Positions 46,528 through 57,267 are shown, counted from the first letter of the stretch. The stretch: 64,000 nucleotides of DNA from a virus (IMGVR_UViG_3300025502_001322:32001-96000), one strand, 5' to 3'. Numbers and translations: made by a program. The notes: generated by a model from the letters alone, not told the origin.

Positions 46528-46555
46528 CTCTAACTTAAAGAAGGAGGTAATGTAG

Positions 46556-47683
46556 ATGGCTACTACAGAAACTACGCTAACAAGAACTAGTACATTAGAT
46601 GGTGTTAAACGAGTAATCGAACGATGTGCTAAATCAAAAAAGAAACATCCTATTATGCTCTGGGGTCCTCCAGGGGTAGGTAAGTCAGAAATTGTTGAAC
46701 AAATAGCAAGGGAATTAAATGGGCGGGTATGGGACTTACGTCTTGCACAGAATGACCCAACTGACATTAAAGGTATTCCTTACTATAATAAAGACAGCAA
46801 TAAAATGTCTTGGGCAGACCCAGACGAATTACCTAGCGCAGAAGAAACTAAAGACTATGGTACATGTTTCTTGTTTATGGACGAGATTAACTCTGCTCCT
46901 AGTGCAACACAGGCTAGTGCGTATCAGTTGGTATTAAACAGACGTGTAGGTAAGCACTACAAAGTTCCTGACAATGTTTACATTATTGCGGCAGGTAACC
47001 GAGAAGGTGATCGAGGTGTTACTTACAAGATGCCTAGTCCACTCGCTAATAGATTTATCCACATAGAAGTTCGACCAGACTACGAGACCTGGGAAAAGTG
47101 GGCAACTAAGAATCGTATCCACAAAGATGTAGTGGGTTATATTGGATTTGCCAAACAGGACTTGTTTGATTTTGATCCTAGAAACGCATCACGTGCCTTC
47201 GCAACGCCACGCACCTGGGAATTTGTATCCGACTGTTTACACGATTCTGATACTGATACAGAAACTATTACAGACATGGTTGCTGGTGCAGTGGGCGAAG
47301 GTATTGCTCTTAAGTTTATGGCGCATCGAAAGATTGCTGGACAGTTGCCCAAACCTGAAGAGATCCTTAACGGCAAAGTTAGTACACTTGAAATTAAAGA
47401 AATTAGTGCAATGTACTCTCTAACAATTGCATTGTGTTATGAGTTGCAGGACATCTATCGTAAGGTAGGTAACGACAGCAATGCACTAGATGCTTGGTAT
47501 AAACAGTCTGACAACTTCTTTAAATTTATGATGGAAAACTTTACAACTGAGTTGGTTGTGATGGGTGCCAGAACTGCTCTTACTACTTACGAGTTGCCGT
47601 TTATCCCTAGCAAGTTAAAGAGCTTTGATGAATTCCACAAACGCTATGGTAAGTATGTGGTTAGAACAACGGAGAAGAAATAA
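46556..47683 (+). CDS. MoxR-like AAA+ ATPase
   Basis: Walker A GPPGVGKS, Walker B LFMDEIN, AAGNR, PLANRF, ATPRTW. Confidence 0.9.
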   Translation: MATTETTLTRTSTLDGVKRVIERCAKSKKKHPIMLWGPPGVGKSEIVEQIARELNGRVWDLRLAQNDPTDIKGIPYYNKDSNKMSWADPDELPSAEETKDYGTCFLFMDEINSAPSATQASAYQLVLNRRVGKHYKVPDNVYIIAAGNREGDRGVTYKMPSPLANRFIHIEVRPDYETWEKWATKNRIHKDVVGYIGFAKQDLFDFDPRNASRAFATPRTWEFVSDCLHDSDTDTETITDMVAGAVGEGIALKFMAHRKIAGQLPKPEEILNGKVSTLEIKEISAMYSLTIALCYELQDIYRKVGNDSNALDAWYKQSDNFFKFMMENFTTELVVMGARTALTTYELPFIPSKLKSFDEFHKRYGKYVVRTTEKK

Positions 47684-48951
47684 TGACTGCGACCTCTGAA
47701 AAAGACCTAGGTCAGGCAGAAATTTTAGGGCCAACAGATCCAGAAGTGGATGCAGAGGCAATAGAGCTTCTCATAACTGCTAGGGTAGGACTTTTACTAA
47801 AACATCCGTTCTTCGGCAACATTGCTACAAGGCTTAGCCTTGTTAACGCAGATGAGTGGTGCCCTACAGCGGCTGTCGATGGCAGACGTATGTACTACAA
47901 CTCAAGGTTCATAGTAAAACACACGGTAGCAGAACTTCAGTTTTTGTTTGCACACGAAGTTCTACATTGTATCTATGACCACTTGGGAAGACGTGGTGAC
48001 CGTGATCCGCAACTAGCGAACTGCGCACAAGACTATGTGGTTAATGATGATCTGGTACAACACCACATAGGTGACATGATTAAACCTTGTCTATGGGATC
48101 CCAAGTACCGTGGTATGAGTTGGGAAGAAGTATACGATAAGCTATATGACCAGATGGACAAAGTTAGTCTTGCGCAATTAGTCGAATTAATGTTAGACGA
48201 ACACTTAGACGGTGAAGGTGAAGGTGGTGTTGGTGGCGACGGTGATGGTAAAGATGGTGACCAACAAGGAAAACGCCCAGCACTTAGTGATACAGAACGT
48301 GAACAGATTAAACAGGAAATTAAAGAAGCCATGTTAACTGCGGCTCAGACTAGCGGCGCTGGAAACTTACCGGCAGGCATTAAACGTTTAATTGAAAACA
48401 TGACTGATCCTAAGATAAACTGGCGTGAGCTTATTGCACAGGATATTGCGGCATGTTTTAAGAACGACTACAGTTTTACTCGACCTAATAAACGTGGTGC
48501 TCACATAGATGCAATACTTCCTGGCATGATACCTGGACAAAAGATTGACGTTTGTGTTTTTAATGACTGCTCAGGATCAATGACAGACTCCATGTTACGT
48601 GATATCCATTGTGAAGTAAAAGGTATTATGCAGACATTTCAGGAGTTTGACTTACACCTAGGAACATTTGACACTGATGTTTACAATTTCCAAACGTTTA
48701 CCACAGACAACATCGACGATATTGATCAATACGAAATGAAAGGTGGTGGTGGTACTAATTTTGAATCTGTCTACAACTTCCTTAAAGAACGTGACATTAT
48801 GCCCAAAAAGTTAATTATATTTACAGATGGTTATCCGTATGGTTCATGGGGAGACCCTAACTACTGCGATACAATATTTGTAATTCATGGCAGTAACGAC
48901 ATCAATGCACCATTTGGCATCACTTGCCAGTACGAAGAGTACAAAAAGTGA
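47683..48951 (+). CDS. VWA-domain protein with N-terminal metallopeptidase-like domain (DUF2201-like)
   Basis: AHEVLH zincin motif; MIDAS DCSGSM, GGGTNF, FTDGY. Confidence 0.88.
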   Translation: MTATSEKDLGQAEILGPTDPEVDAEAIELLITARVGLLLKHPFFGNIATRLSLVNADEWCPTAAVDGRRMYYNSRFIVKHTVAELQFLFAHEVLHCIYDHLGRRGDRDPQLANCAQDYVVNDDLVQHHIGDMIKPCLWDPKYRGMSWEEVYDKLYDQMDKVSLAQLVELMLDEHLDGEGEGGVGGDGDGKDGDQQGKRPALSDTEREQIKQEIKEAMLTAAQTSGAGNLPAGIKRLIENMTDPKINWRELIAQDIAACFKNDYSFTRPNKRGAHIDAILPGMIPGQKIDVCVFNDCSGSMTDSMLRDIHCEVKGIMQTFQEFDLHLGTFDTDVYNFQTFTTDNIDDIDQYEMKGGGGTNFESVYNFLKERDIMPKKLIIFTDGYPYGSWGDPNYCDTIFVIHGSNDINAPFGITCQYEEYKK

Positions 48952-48967
48952 ATGTAGTAGCCAACCA

Positions 48968-48988
48968 GGGGGGACACAGTGTCCCCCC
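48968..48988. repeat. perfect GC-rich inverted repeat
   Basis: GGGGGGACAC-A-GTGTCCCCCC. Confidence 0.8.
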
Positions 48989-49000
48989 GCCCTTTCGACA

Positions 49001-49279
49001 ATGTTAAAACATGGCATAATTAATCCGCTAAACGCACTGGATATCAGATGTGTGAGCTTTCGGCCGCCGCATTTTACCTGTACCACACTAGATGGACTAT
49101 GGTGCGACATACGAGACATAGAAGACTACATTTATCGAAACCTAGAAAGTCGCTATTGTATAACATCAGTTACTATAGGCAATCAGGAGCATGTGGAGAT
49201 AGGATTCGAAGACCACGCAGAAGCAAGTATATTTGGGCTAGTAATAAATCAAATAAACAGGCGTCCTGACTTGTTCTAG
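49001..49279 (+). CDS. hypothetical protein
   Basis: MLKHGIINPLN...IGFED..EAS.F. Confidence 0.55.
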   Translation: MLKHGIINPLNALDIRCVSFRPPHFTCTTLDGLWCDIRDIEDYIYRNLESRYCITSVTIGNQEHVEIGFEDHAEASIFGLVINQINRRPDLF

Positions 49280-49344
49280 AAATTTTTATATAGTATAATA
49301 CTGCTTTAAATAAGTATACATTAATTTAATGGAGAGTTAAACAA

Positions 49345-49623
49345 ATGGCTAAGAAACGAGTCGAGCAACAACCAGAAAAGCAGAAGGCTGCGCCGACCCA
49401 ATCAGAAGGACTACAACTAACTGACTTGCAAGTTATGATGCAAATTATCGATGTAGTCACACAACGTGGCGCAATTAAGGCAGATGAAATGTCTGCGGTC
49501 GGGGCCGTGTATGCTAAACTTAAAGCATTCACAGGCTCGTCCACTCAGGCTGCACCTGCTGAAACAGGTACCAAAGAAGCACCTGCTGAAGTAAAAGATG
49601 ATTCTGGAAACGGAACAGACTAA
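49345..49623 (+). CDS. hypothetical phage protein
   Basis: IIDVVTQRGAIKADEMSAVG; SD GGAG. Confidence 0.65.
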   Translation: MAKKRVEQQPEKQKAAPTQSEGLQLTDLQVMMQIIDVVTQRGAIKADEMSAVGAVYAKLKAFTGSSTQAAPAETGTKEAPAEVKDDSGNGTD

Positions 49624-49633
49624 GGAGATTATT

Positions 49634-50305
49634 ATGATTAAACATGTCGGTAGACACAATAATGAAAGAGTAGCAATACTTTACAAAACAGTACCAGGGG
49701 AGGACCACATGGCATTAGTTGCGTACAGTGGAAAACTTCCTGCATTAATACACGATGAGGTTATGAAAACTCTGGAAAGTGAAATGGGGCAACAGGCTAA
49801 GGAACTTGCAGATGCTTTATTTAGAACCATTATGGCAGATGGTCGTAATGCATTAACCGCAATGCATGAGGAAGGACTAATTAAAAAAGTCCCTACTAAT
49901 CAAGTTATCGTTACTCCCCGGGCAAATAGCCATGTAAGGTTAGACGAGCTTAATAGCATATTGAAAAAGATGGAAGCTGGCGAAGAAGCTATTCAAGAAA
50001 TGGCTAATATAGATTCGCAACGTGGTGTGCGTGATCCGGCGAAGAGGCTAGAGCCAAGAGAAGTTGGAGAGCCTGCTAATTCAAGAGCAACGCCAGTGCA
50101 AGTACAGGCACCACAAGACGGTGCATTAACAGATGTGGATATTGCAAGGGGTTATAGAGACCAAGCAACACGCATGCAAGTGGAAGCCAAAGCTATGGTA
50201 GCAGAGGCGGCAAGACTCACGAAAGAAGCACTTAAAATAGACCCTTTGACCAATGCCAAAAAAACTACAAAGAAAAAAACAACGGATCGTAAAGTTAAGT
50301 CCTAA
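49634..50305 (+). CDS. conserved hypothetical phage protein
   Basis: MIKHVGRH...; SD AAGGAG. Confidence 0.65.
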   Translation: MIKHVGRHNNERVAILYKTVPGEDHMALVAYSGKLPALIHDEVMKTLESEMGQQAKELADALFRTIMADGRNALTAMHEEGLIKKVPTNQVIVTPRANSHVRLDELNSILKKMEAGEEAIQEMANIDSQRGVRDPAKRLEPREVGEPANSRATPVQVQAPQDGALTDVDIARGYRDQATRMQVEAKAMVAEAARLTKEALKIDPLTNAKKTTKKKTTDRKVKS

Positions 50306-50591
50306 TGGTGAACATAGTTGGAAGCGTATTCTAGAACAAATTGACAAAAAAGAAGTTCCTGTTGAAATATTAAAGTCTGTGGAGATTACCTTAAATGATG
50401 GTACCATAGTAGAACTTTCAATGAAGGAACTTACAAGTCAAGGCTTGAGTTATAAAGATATAGAATCTGCTCTCAACGACCGCATGGATAAAATGGGCGA
50501 CTTAATTAAAAATGTGGACTTCTTTGTGGACATTGAAAAAGTGGAAGCAGAAGTCCAACCAAATACTGACAAGCTGTTAAAAGGCTTATGA
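50253..50591 (+). CDS. hypothetical protein
   Basis: 112-aa ORF. Confidence 0.6.
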   Translation: MPKKLQRKKQRIVKLSPNGEHSWKRILEQIDKKEVPVEILKSVEITLNDGTIVELSMKELTSQGLSYKDIESALNDRMDKMGDLIKNVDFFVDIEKVEAEVQPNTDKLLKGL

Positions 50592-51112
50592 TTAAGGCTA
50601 TATTTGCAATAGACGCATTCGGCAACATGGGATTTAATAACAAGTTGCCTTGGCCTCCGTGTAAAGAAGACTTTGCTTGGTTTGCGAATAATACCAAGGA
50701 CAAAACAGTCATCATGGGTCGCAAAACGTGGGACAGTGTTGGCATGCCTACCCCGCTACCTGGTAGACGTAATATTGTTGTTTGCAAAAATAGATATTAT
50801 AAAGCCGCAGGTGCAGAAGTCTGGACCGACAACTGGCTGGAACGTCTAGAACGTTTGGGTCATAATGACCTCAATGATGTCTGGGTAATAGGCGGAGTTA
50901 GTCTATTAGAACAGGCTAGGCCTCTTATTAAACAGTTTTATGTCACTAGATTTAAAGGTGTCTACCGAGCAGATACTACGTTAAACACACGAACTTATTT
51001 TGAAGGCTTACAATGTCGCACAATAGTGCCCAGTAAGGAAAACAATCAAATAAATTTTGAGGTGTGGATTCCATGGTTAAGCCAGGCTACAGGGTGGGGA
51101 TCCAATGGTTGA
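50588..51112 (+). CDS. folA: dihydrofolate reductase
   Basis: MGFNNKLPW, IMGRKTWDS, LPGRRNIV, VIGG. Confidence 0.92.
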   Translation: MIKAIFAIDAFGNMGFNNKLPWPPCKEDFAWFANNTKDKTVIMGRKTWDSVGMPTPLPGRRNIVVCKNRYYKAAGAEVWTDNWLERLERLGHNDLNDVWVIGGVSLLEQARPLIKQFYVTRFKGVYRADTTLNTRTYFEGLQCRTIVPSKENNQINFEVWIPWLSQATGWGSNG

Positions 51113-52016
51113 GTACCTAAGGAACTTAACGCATGTTTTATACAACGGTGATAAACGCACAGACAGAACAGGTGTAGGCACTCGGTCGATATTTGGTTTA
51201 CAAATGCGTTTTGATTTACGCAAAGAATTTCCTGCGGTAACTACTAAGCGGCTTGCCTGGCGTGGTGTTGTTTCAGAACTGCTATGGTTTCTAGAAGGTT
51301 CTGGAGATGAACGTAGACTAGCAGAGATACTGCATGGTACACGTGACACAGACAAGAAAACCATATGGAGTGCTAATGCTGATGCAGACTACTGGCAACC
51401 CAATGCAAAGTATGAAGGTGACCTAGGTAGAGTATACGGAGTGCAGTGGCGTAGTTTTAGAGGTGCCCGTGCTGAGAAATCTATTAGAACATTTAAAGGC
51501 ATAGAACACCATTCATATGATGACACAAACTTAGTAACATTTGAAGTAGATCAAATTACCGCATTATTAGAAGGTATTAAGTCTGATCCGAACAGTAGAC
51601 GTCACATCATTAGTGCATGGAATCCTGCAGACTTGCCTGCAATGGCACTACCTCCCTGTCATGTCATGAGTCAGTTCTACGTAAACAACGGTGAACTTAG
51701 TTGTCAGATGTATCAGCGTTCAGCAGATATGTTTTTGGGTGTACCATTTAACATTGCCAGTTACAGTTTGCTAACACACATGATAGCACATTGCTGTGAC
51801 TTAAAGGTAGGTGACTTTGTACACTCGATAGGCGATGCACACATTTACAATGACCACGTAGATCAAGTCATTGAACAACTTGGTAGAAAGCCACTACCAG
51901 GACCTAAATTAGTATTAGATTGTGAATCAAAAAACATCTTAGATATCAAAATGGAACATATTAACTTGCTGGACTATCAGAGTCATGCACCAATATCTGC
52001 TTCAATGGCTGTGTGA
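51105..52016 (+). CDS. thyA: thymidylate synthase
   Basis: DRTGVGT, GRVYGVQWR, ALPPCH, QRSADMFLGVPFNIASY. Confidence 0.96.
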   Translation: MVEYLRNLTHVLYNGDKRTDRTGVGTRSIFGLQMRFDLRKEFPAVTTKRLAWRGVVSELLWFLEGSGDERRLAEILHGTRDTDKKTIWSANADADYWQPNAKYEGDLGRVYGVQWRSFRGARAEKSIRTFKGIEHHSYDDTNLVTFEVDQITALLEGIKSDPNSRRHIISAWNPADLPAMALPPCHVMSQFYVNNGELSCQMYQRSADMFLGVPFNIASYSLLTHMIAHCCDLKVGDFVHSIGDAHIYNDHVDQVIEQLGRKPLPGPKLVLDCESKNILDIKMEHINLLDYQSHAPISASMAV

Positions 52017-52037
52017 TGTGATGGGATGTAGCAGTGT

Positions 52038-52307
52038 ATGTATCTAGTACACCAGTTTGTTATAGACGCCAGTGCGCATTCACTAGTCTCTCACTCTCCG
52101 CATGAACTTGATTTTGAAAGATATGCAGGTTGGGAATTTGTTAGATGGTTGGATGCTACAGAAGATGGAAAGTTATATAAACGACACATTAATTTACCTG
52201 TATCACTAGAACTAATATACAACAACGATAGCGTAGGTGTAAAAGTATATGCACCGTTGACCCAAGAACAAGCAGTATTTTTTGAACTTATAAAAACAAA
52301 TGACTAG
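52038..52307 (+). CDS. hypothetical protein
   Basis: 89-aa ORF. Confidence 0.5.
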   Translation: MYLVHQFVIDASAHSLVSHSPHELDFERYAGWEFVRWLDATEDGKLYKRHINLPVSLELIYNNDSVGVKVYAPLTQEQAVFFELIKTND

Positions 52308-53310
52308 ACATACCGATCTCCCAGTATTAGTAGTTGGCGGCAATGGTTTCATTGGCAGTCGCATTACACAGAACTTGGTAGCAAGTTTAAAATGGAATCC
52401 TATTGTAGTGGACAATCAGGAAGACTATGGTATACTAGACCGAACCCAACTCAGTAAGCTACACCGACTTAGGCGATGCACAAGACTGCTAGAGAACTCC
52501 AGTTACGATGTACACAATATCAGTATCATGGAGTTTAACAAGATGGAAACTATGTTTAAAAAGTGTCAACCACATAGTGTTATCCATCTTGCCAGTTACC
52601 CAAGACAAAAAGTAGTTAACGCCAATCCTTTAAAGGCAACAGGCGTGATGTGTGATGCACTGGTTAACATGCTAGAGCTTGCAGTAAAGTACCAGGTAAA
52701 ACATTTTATGTACTTTAGTTCAAGTATGGTATATGGTGATTTTAATGACAGAGTTAACGAGAATGCCGTGTGTGCCCCAAAAGGTCAGTATGCCATTATG
52801 AAACACATGGGCGAGCAACTAGTACGTGACTACCATATCAGGCATGGGTTACAATACACAATTATCAGACCCAGTGCTGTATACGGACCTTTAGATGTAG
52901 AAGATCGTGTTGTTAGTAAAATGTTATTAAATGCATTGCGTGGTAAAGAAATACAGGTAAACGGTCCTAATGAAATATTAGACTTTACATACGTAGACGA
53001 CATAGGCAAACAGATTCCCATAGTGCTAAATGCACCCTACACCAACAACGGTATTAATCAAACATATAATTTAACTGCCAGTGAAATTGATGCACGTACA
53101 CTGTTAGACTGTGCAAAAATAATTAAGAAAATCGTACCTGGAACACAAATTGTGATTAACGAGCGAGATCAAAGTTTTCCCCAACGTGGCAGATTAAACA
53201 ACAACAAGATTAATATGTACTTTGAGAACGTTAAAAGAACACCACTAACCACAGGACTAGTGGCATATCATTCCTGGCTTGTCAAGAACTTTGAACTATT
53301 CAATAACTAA
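52300..53310 (+). CDS. NAD-dependent nucleotide-sugar epimerase/dehydratase
   Basis: GGNGFIG, IHLA, SSSMVYG, YAIMK, RPSAVYGP. Confidence 0.92.
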   Translation: MTRHTDLPVLVVGGNGFIGSRITQNLVASLKWNPIVVDNQEDYGILDRTQLSKLHRLRRCTRLLENSSYDVHNISIMEFNKMETMFKKCQPHSVIHLASYPRQKVVNANPLKATGVMCDALVNMLELAVKYQVKHFMYFSSSMVYGDFNDRVNENAVCAPKGQYAIMKHMGEQLVRDYHIRHGLQYTIIRPSAVYGPLDVEDRVVSKMLLNALRGKEIQVNGPNEILDFTYVDDIGKQIPIVLNAPYTNNGINQTYNLTASEIDARTLLDCAKIIKKIVPGTQIVINERDQSFPQRGRLNNNKINMYFENVKRTPLTTGLVAYHSWLVKNFELFNN

Positions 53311-53322
53311 AATAATACCGCA

Positions 53323-54402
53323 ATGATTCCGTTTACAGACTTATACGCACAGTACCAAGAAGCAAAAACAGAAATAGACCAAGCCTATCACAGAGTAATG
53401 ACTACGTCTAGTTATATTACTGGTCCAATTGTAGATGAATTTGAGACTGCATTTGCTGAGTACGTAGGAGCAGAAGCATGTGCCAGCACAGGTAGTGGTA
53501 CAACTGCCTTACTTTGTGCATTACTAGCATGTGGAATACGAGACGGAGAAGTAATTACGACTCCGTTAACTTTTGTTAGCACTAGTGAATCAATATTATG
53601 GACAGGTGCTAAACCAAAGTTTGTAGACATCGACAACAACTATCAAATAGACGTTGACAAAATAGAAGCAAAGATTACAAGTCATACTCGTGCTATACTG
53701 TACGTCAGCCTTTATGGTCAGACACCTGATGTAGATAGACTACGTGAGATTGCAGACCGATATAACTTATATCTGATTGAAGATGCCGCCCACAGTATTG
53801 GCAGTAGTTATAAGGGCAAGCCTGTTGGCTCACTTGCTGACTTAACTTGTTTTAGTTTTAACCCTGTTAAGAACTTGGGTGCCGCAGGTGATGCAGGCTG
53901 TATTACAGGCAGAGCTGACTTAATTAAACGAGCACGTATGTATAGAGACCATGGTCGCCAAAACAAATGGGATTATGAACTACAAGGTATCAATGCTAGG
54001 ATAGACAATTTCCAAGCTCTTGTAGTATTGGCTAAGTTAAAATATTTAGACTCTTGGTTAACTAAAAAACGTGAAATATGCAACAGATACACCCAAGAAC
54101 TTAAGGATTATTGCCCTACACCTACTGAATTTGCAGACAGTTACCACACATACTATGTTTATGTAATACAAGTACCTGAAAGAGATGCATTTGTCAAATA
54201 CATGCAGGACAACGGTGTTAGTGTTAACGTACACTACCGTGGACCACTGCATAAGCAACCAGTATTTTTATCATACGATGTTTGTCCAAACACAGATAGA
54301 ATTGTGGAAAGTATTGTAAGTTTGCCTTGCTATCACACTCTAACAATAGAACAACAAGACACAATTACAGGATTAACAAAAGCATGGTTAAAGTCGCACT
54401 AG
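53323..54402 (+). CDS. DegT/DnrJ sugar aminotransferase (WbpE/WecE-like)
   Basis: EDAAH, SFNPVKNLGAAGDAG, NARID, YYVYVI. Confidence 0.92.
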   Translation: MIPFTDLYAQYQEAKTEIDQAYHRVMTTSSYITGPIVDEFETAFAEYVGAEACASTGSGTTALLCALLACGIRDGEVITTPLTFVSTSESILWTGAKPKFVDIDNNYQIDVDKIEAKITSHTRAILYVSLYGQTPDVDRLREIADRYNLYLIEDAAHSIGSSYKGKPVGSLADLTCFSFNPVKNLGAAGDAGCITGRADLIKRARMYRDHGRQNKWDYELQGINARIDNFQALVVLAKLKYLDSWLTKKREICNRYTQELKDYCPTPTEFADSYHTYYVYVIQVPERDAFVKYMQDNGVSVNVHYRGPLHKQPVFLSYDVCPNTDRIVESIVSLPCYHTLTIEQQDTITGLTKAWLKSH

Positions 54403-55268
54403 TAGGAGCAGGCTACTGGGGTAGCAAAATACAGGCTAGCCTAAGTAACAACAAGTCTGTTACAGACACAGTAATTATAGATATTCGGAATGGCGACTCA
54501 CTGGATGACATTCCCATTGAGTACAAGTGTGCTATTGTGGCAACTCCACTTTGGGATCATTTTGATACAGCACGAGAATTATTACAACGTGGCTTTGATT
54601 GCTACATTGAAAAGCCACTTGCAGAAACTAAAGAACATTGTGAACAATTGCGTGACATGTTGGATGATCAGATTCTAATGGTAGGACATATCTTTTTATA
54701 CCATCCAGGATTAGACATTGTCAAACAAAATCTAAATCAGATAGGCAAAGTAAAACACATCACTAGCCAACGTTTAAACTGGGGTATATACCAAACTAAG
54801 ACAACACCATTGCTAAGTTTGCTACCACACGATGTCAGTATTGTGCAAGACATATTAGGCATTGATCACAAACTGCTGAATGTCGTACATAACAGTTTTA
54901 ACAATGACCAACAGCCAGACTATGTAAGTTTTAATTTGCAGTTTGGGGACGTCACATGCAACGTTACAGGCAGTTGGTATTGGCCAGAGCGTGTGCGTAA
55001 GTTAACAGTTATCGGAACTCAGGGACATATTGTCTGGGACGACGTCATAAACATGGTCAGTATCTATCAGGGCACTGTGGAAGATAAAAAACTTACTGAG
55101 TTAACAGTGTTAGATTGTTTAACACCTGACATGTCTGTGACACCATTAGAAAGAGAAATCGATCACTTTATAGATTGTGTTGTTACTAGAAACACACCAC
55201 GTAGCGATGTTAACAATGCTATAGAGGTTGCCAGTTTGCTTGACGAAGTTGCAACTTACCTAGGCTAG
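54384..55268 (+). CDS. Gfo/Idh/MocA oxidoreductase (WbpB/WlbA-like)
   Basis: VGAGYWG, ATPLWDH, IEKPL, VGHIFLY, LPHD. Confidence 0.88.
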   Translation: MVKVALVGAGYWGSKIQASLSNNKSVTDTVIIDIRNGDSLDDIPIEYKCAIVATPLWDHFDTARELLQRGFDCYIEKPLAETKEHCEQLRDMLDDQILMVGHIFLYHPGLDIVKQNLNQIGKVKHITSQRLNWGIYQTKTTPLLSLLPHDVSIVQDILGIDHKLLNVVHNSFNNDQQPDYVSFNLQFGDVTCNVTGSWYWPERVRKLTVIGTQGHIVWDDVINMVSIYQGTVEDKKLTELTVLDCLTPDMSVTPLEREIDHFIDCVVTRNTPRSDVNNAIEVASLLDEVATYLG

Positions 55269-57267
55269 GATCATCCACACTATCATACAAACCTGCAAAG
55301 TGTTCACGCAACCAGGTCCACAAAAAGGCTTGTTGTAATGCATCACTGTCGTCTGCATTAGCACGATAAAATTCTACACCGTCTCTCGCACCACGTGTGC
55401 ACCACTCTGCATAATCACCGTTAGCACTTTTAGTCCAGGTACGTAGTCTATATTCAGTTTCTACATCTTGCGTTTGTGAATTAAACTGTGCAAGTTTTGC
55501 GCCTTCTCTAAATGCAGTACGCCAAGTTTGGTATGGGTTTGTGTTGAATCTAGCAACCGCACTAACCAGTGGAACAACCTCATGTCGAAAACTCAGTGTG
55601 TAGTCTACGCCAAACTGTTTTGCAGATTTTACCATATCGCAATTATACATAACAATACCCATGTGACCATAGCATAGTCCGTTCATGGGATTTTCAGCGT
55701 GGAAGATATAGTGCTTGGGTTGTTGTAAGTAATCCGGAACAACATCAAATTTAAAGTCTGGGTGTAGTTCTGTTTTAGCAAACACCATATAACACCAGGG
55801 AGTTCTACTGATCTCAGCCGCCTGTCGCAGAGCATTTTCCATACCATCAACACCGTGCAGTCTCTGACTAGATGGGAACCGTCCATGTAGTTTGTTCCAG
55901 TTTTCATCAGCATTCGTTTCGTCATAACTTATAAACACAATATCCTGTTTAGATTCCGATAGTGTCTTGTGCTTAGTTATATAAGGGTAGTCGTATACTT
56001 GCTCACTGACGTGTTGTCGCACTTCTCTAGGGACCTGAGCAACCGAGTTACTCTGTGTAAACGTATGCACGTCACGGTCTTTGACGGCCCAGAGCTTGGG
56101 TGTGTGGGATATAGAGCACTCATATGGTGCAAATAGTACGTAGGGATCCGTAAATTGGTTATGATTTACAGCATCTACTAGTGTATCCTGGTTGTATACA
56201 ACTGTAGGCATACTCTCTCTGGGCACGACAACGTCTTCAACATAGTGTACAGTGTCATACCAGTCTAGTAGTTTAATCCTGTCAGATTGTTCTCTGAAAG
56301 ACTCTACATTTACCAGGAAGGTATCACCAAACGTTTGCTCATTACTGGCAAATGCATGCAACATTGTGCTTTGCCAGGTCTCTGGATGCCAGTTAAAATC
56401 AAAATTACTGTAGTCACATAGTGTAGTTACTACCCAGATATATTCTGTAGTAGCCGTGGCACAAATTCGCTTGATTATGTCTAAGTAAGACCCTACAAAT
56501 CGTGTTTTTTTAACCACCAAACCTCTGTTTTTTAGTGTGTCTAACTTTGCTGTAGTGCTATCAGTCATAAAGTCTATTAGATATACTTCAGTGTCTGCTC
56601 TACGTTTAACCTTGCGAGTCATACTAGTATACTTCTTGACTGTGGCACCAGGCACTGTGTACAACAAGCCACTGGTCTTCTGATGCTCAGTAGCAAACTC
56701 ATATATAAATGCTGATTGCGTGGGATCTGGGTGCCAGCTAAAGTCTACATCCTCAATGTCTTTAGGCACAGTCCAGTTTGTCTTATCTGATAGTGCTGTT
56801 ACAACAACGTCGCTTGTAAACTTATTAGGACCCGTACCATAAGTTACTCCACTTGCCCGTTGATGCTGGCTGGGAAAGTGGTATGTAAATTCGGTTTCTA
56901 ATGGATCTGGGTGCCATGTTGTGGCAACCGTTTCAAGGTCTATGTTTTTAGGAAATGTAAACAAGTGCGGATGCTGTAAACGTTCGCACTGTTGATCGAC
57001 GTTGTAGAAATGATCAGCGTTGACATTGCCTTTCTTTACAAGAAAAGTATACCCGTGTTTTTGCCATTGATCACCAAAAACATGTGTAAAGTTTTGCTCC
57101 CAGTTATTAGGACGATAATAGAAGTTAAATTTACGGTAATTGTTACCACCATAAATATACCAGTAGCATGATGTTTTACTTAACTGATCGGCAACCTCCA
57201 ATGACTCCGCAAATTTCTCGTGCGGAAACAAACCGGGCTTAGGTCCAAAATAGAATATATCGTACAT
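55219..57267 (-). CDS. repeat-containing protein with C-terminal glycosyltransferase-like domain
   Basis: About four FDFSWHPD-type repeats; DIVFISYDE..ADENW..L...RLHGVDG. Confidence 0.65.
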   Translation of the reverse strand: MYDIFYFGPKPGLFPHEKFAESLEVADQLSKTSCYWYIYGGNNYRKFNFYYRPNNWEQNFTHVFGDQWQKHGYTFLVKKGNVNADHFYNVDQQCERLQHPHLFTFPKNIDLETVATTWHPDPLETEFTYHFPSQHQRASGVTYGTGPNKFTSDVVVTALSDKTNWTVPKDIEDVDFSWHPDPTQSAFIYEFATEHQKTSGLLYTVPGATVKKYTSMTRKVKRRADTEVYLIDFMTDSTTAKLDTLKNRGLVVKKTRFVGSYLDIIKRICATATTEYIWVVTTLCDYSNFDFNWHPETWQSTMLHAFASNEQTFGDTFLVNVESFREQSDRIKLLDWYDTVHYVEDVVVPRESMPTVVYNQDTLVDAVNHNQFTDPYVLFAPYECSISHTPKLWAVKDRDVHTFTQSNSVAQVPREVRQHVSEQVYDYPYITKHKTLSESKQDIVFISYDETNADENWNKLHGRFPSSQRLHGVDGMENALRQAAEISRTPWCYMVFAKTELHPDFKFDVVPDYLQQPKHYIFHAENPMNGLCYGHMGIVMYNCDMVKSAKQFGVDYTLSFRHEVVPLVSAVARFNTNPYQTWRTAFREGAKLAQFNSQTQDVETEYRLRTWTKSANGDYAEWCTRGARDGVEFYRANADDSDALQQAFLWTWLREHFAGLYDSVDDPSLGKLQLRQANWQPL

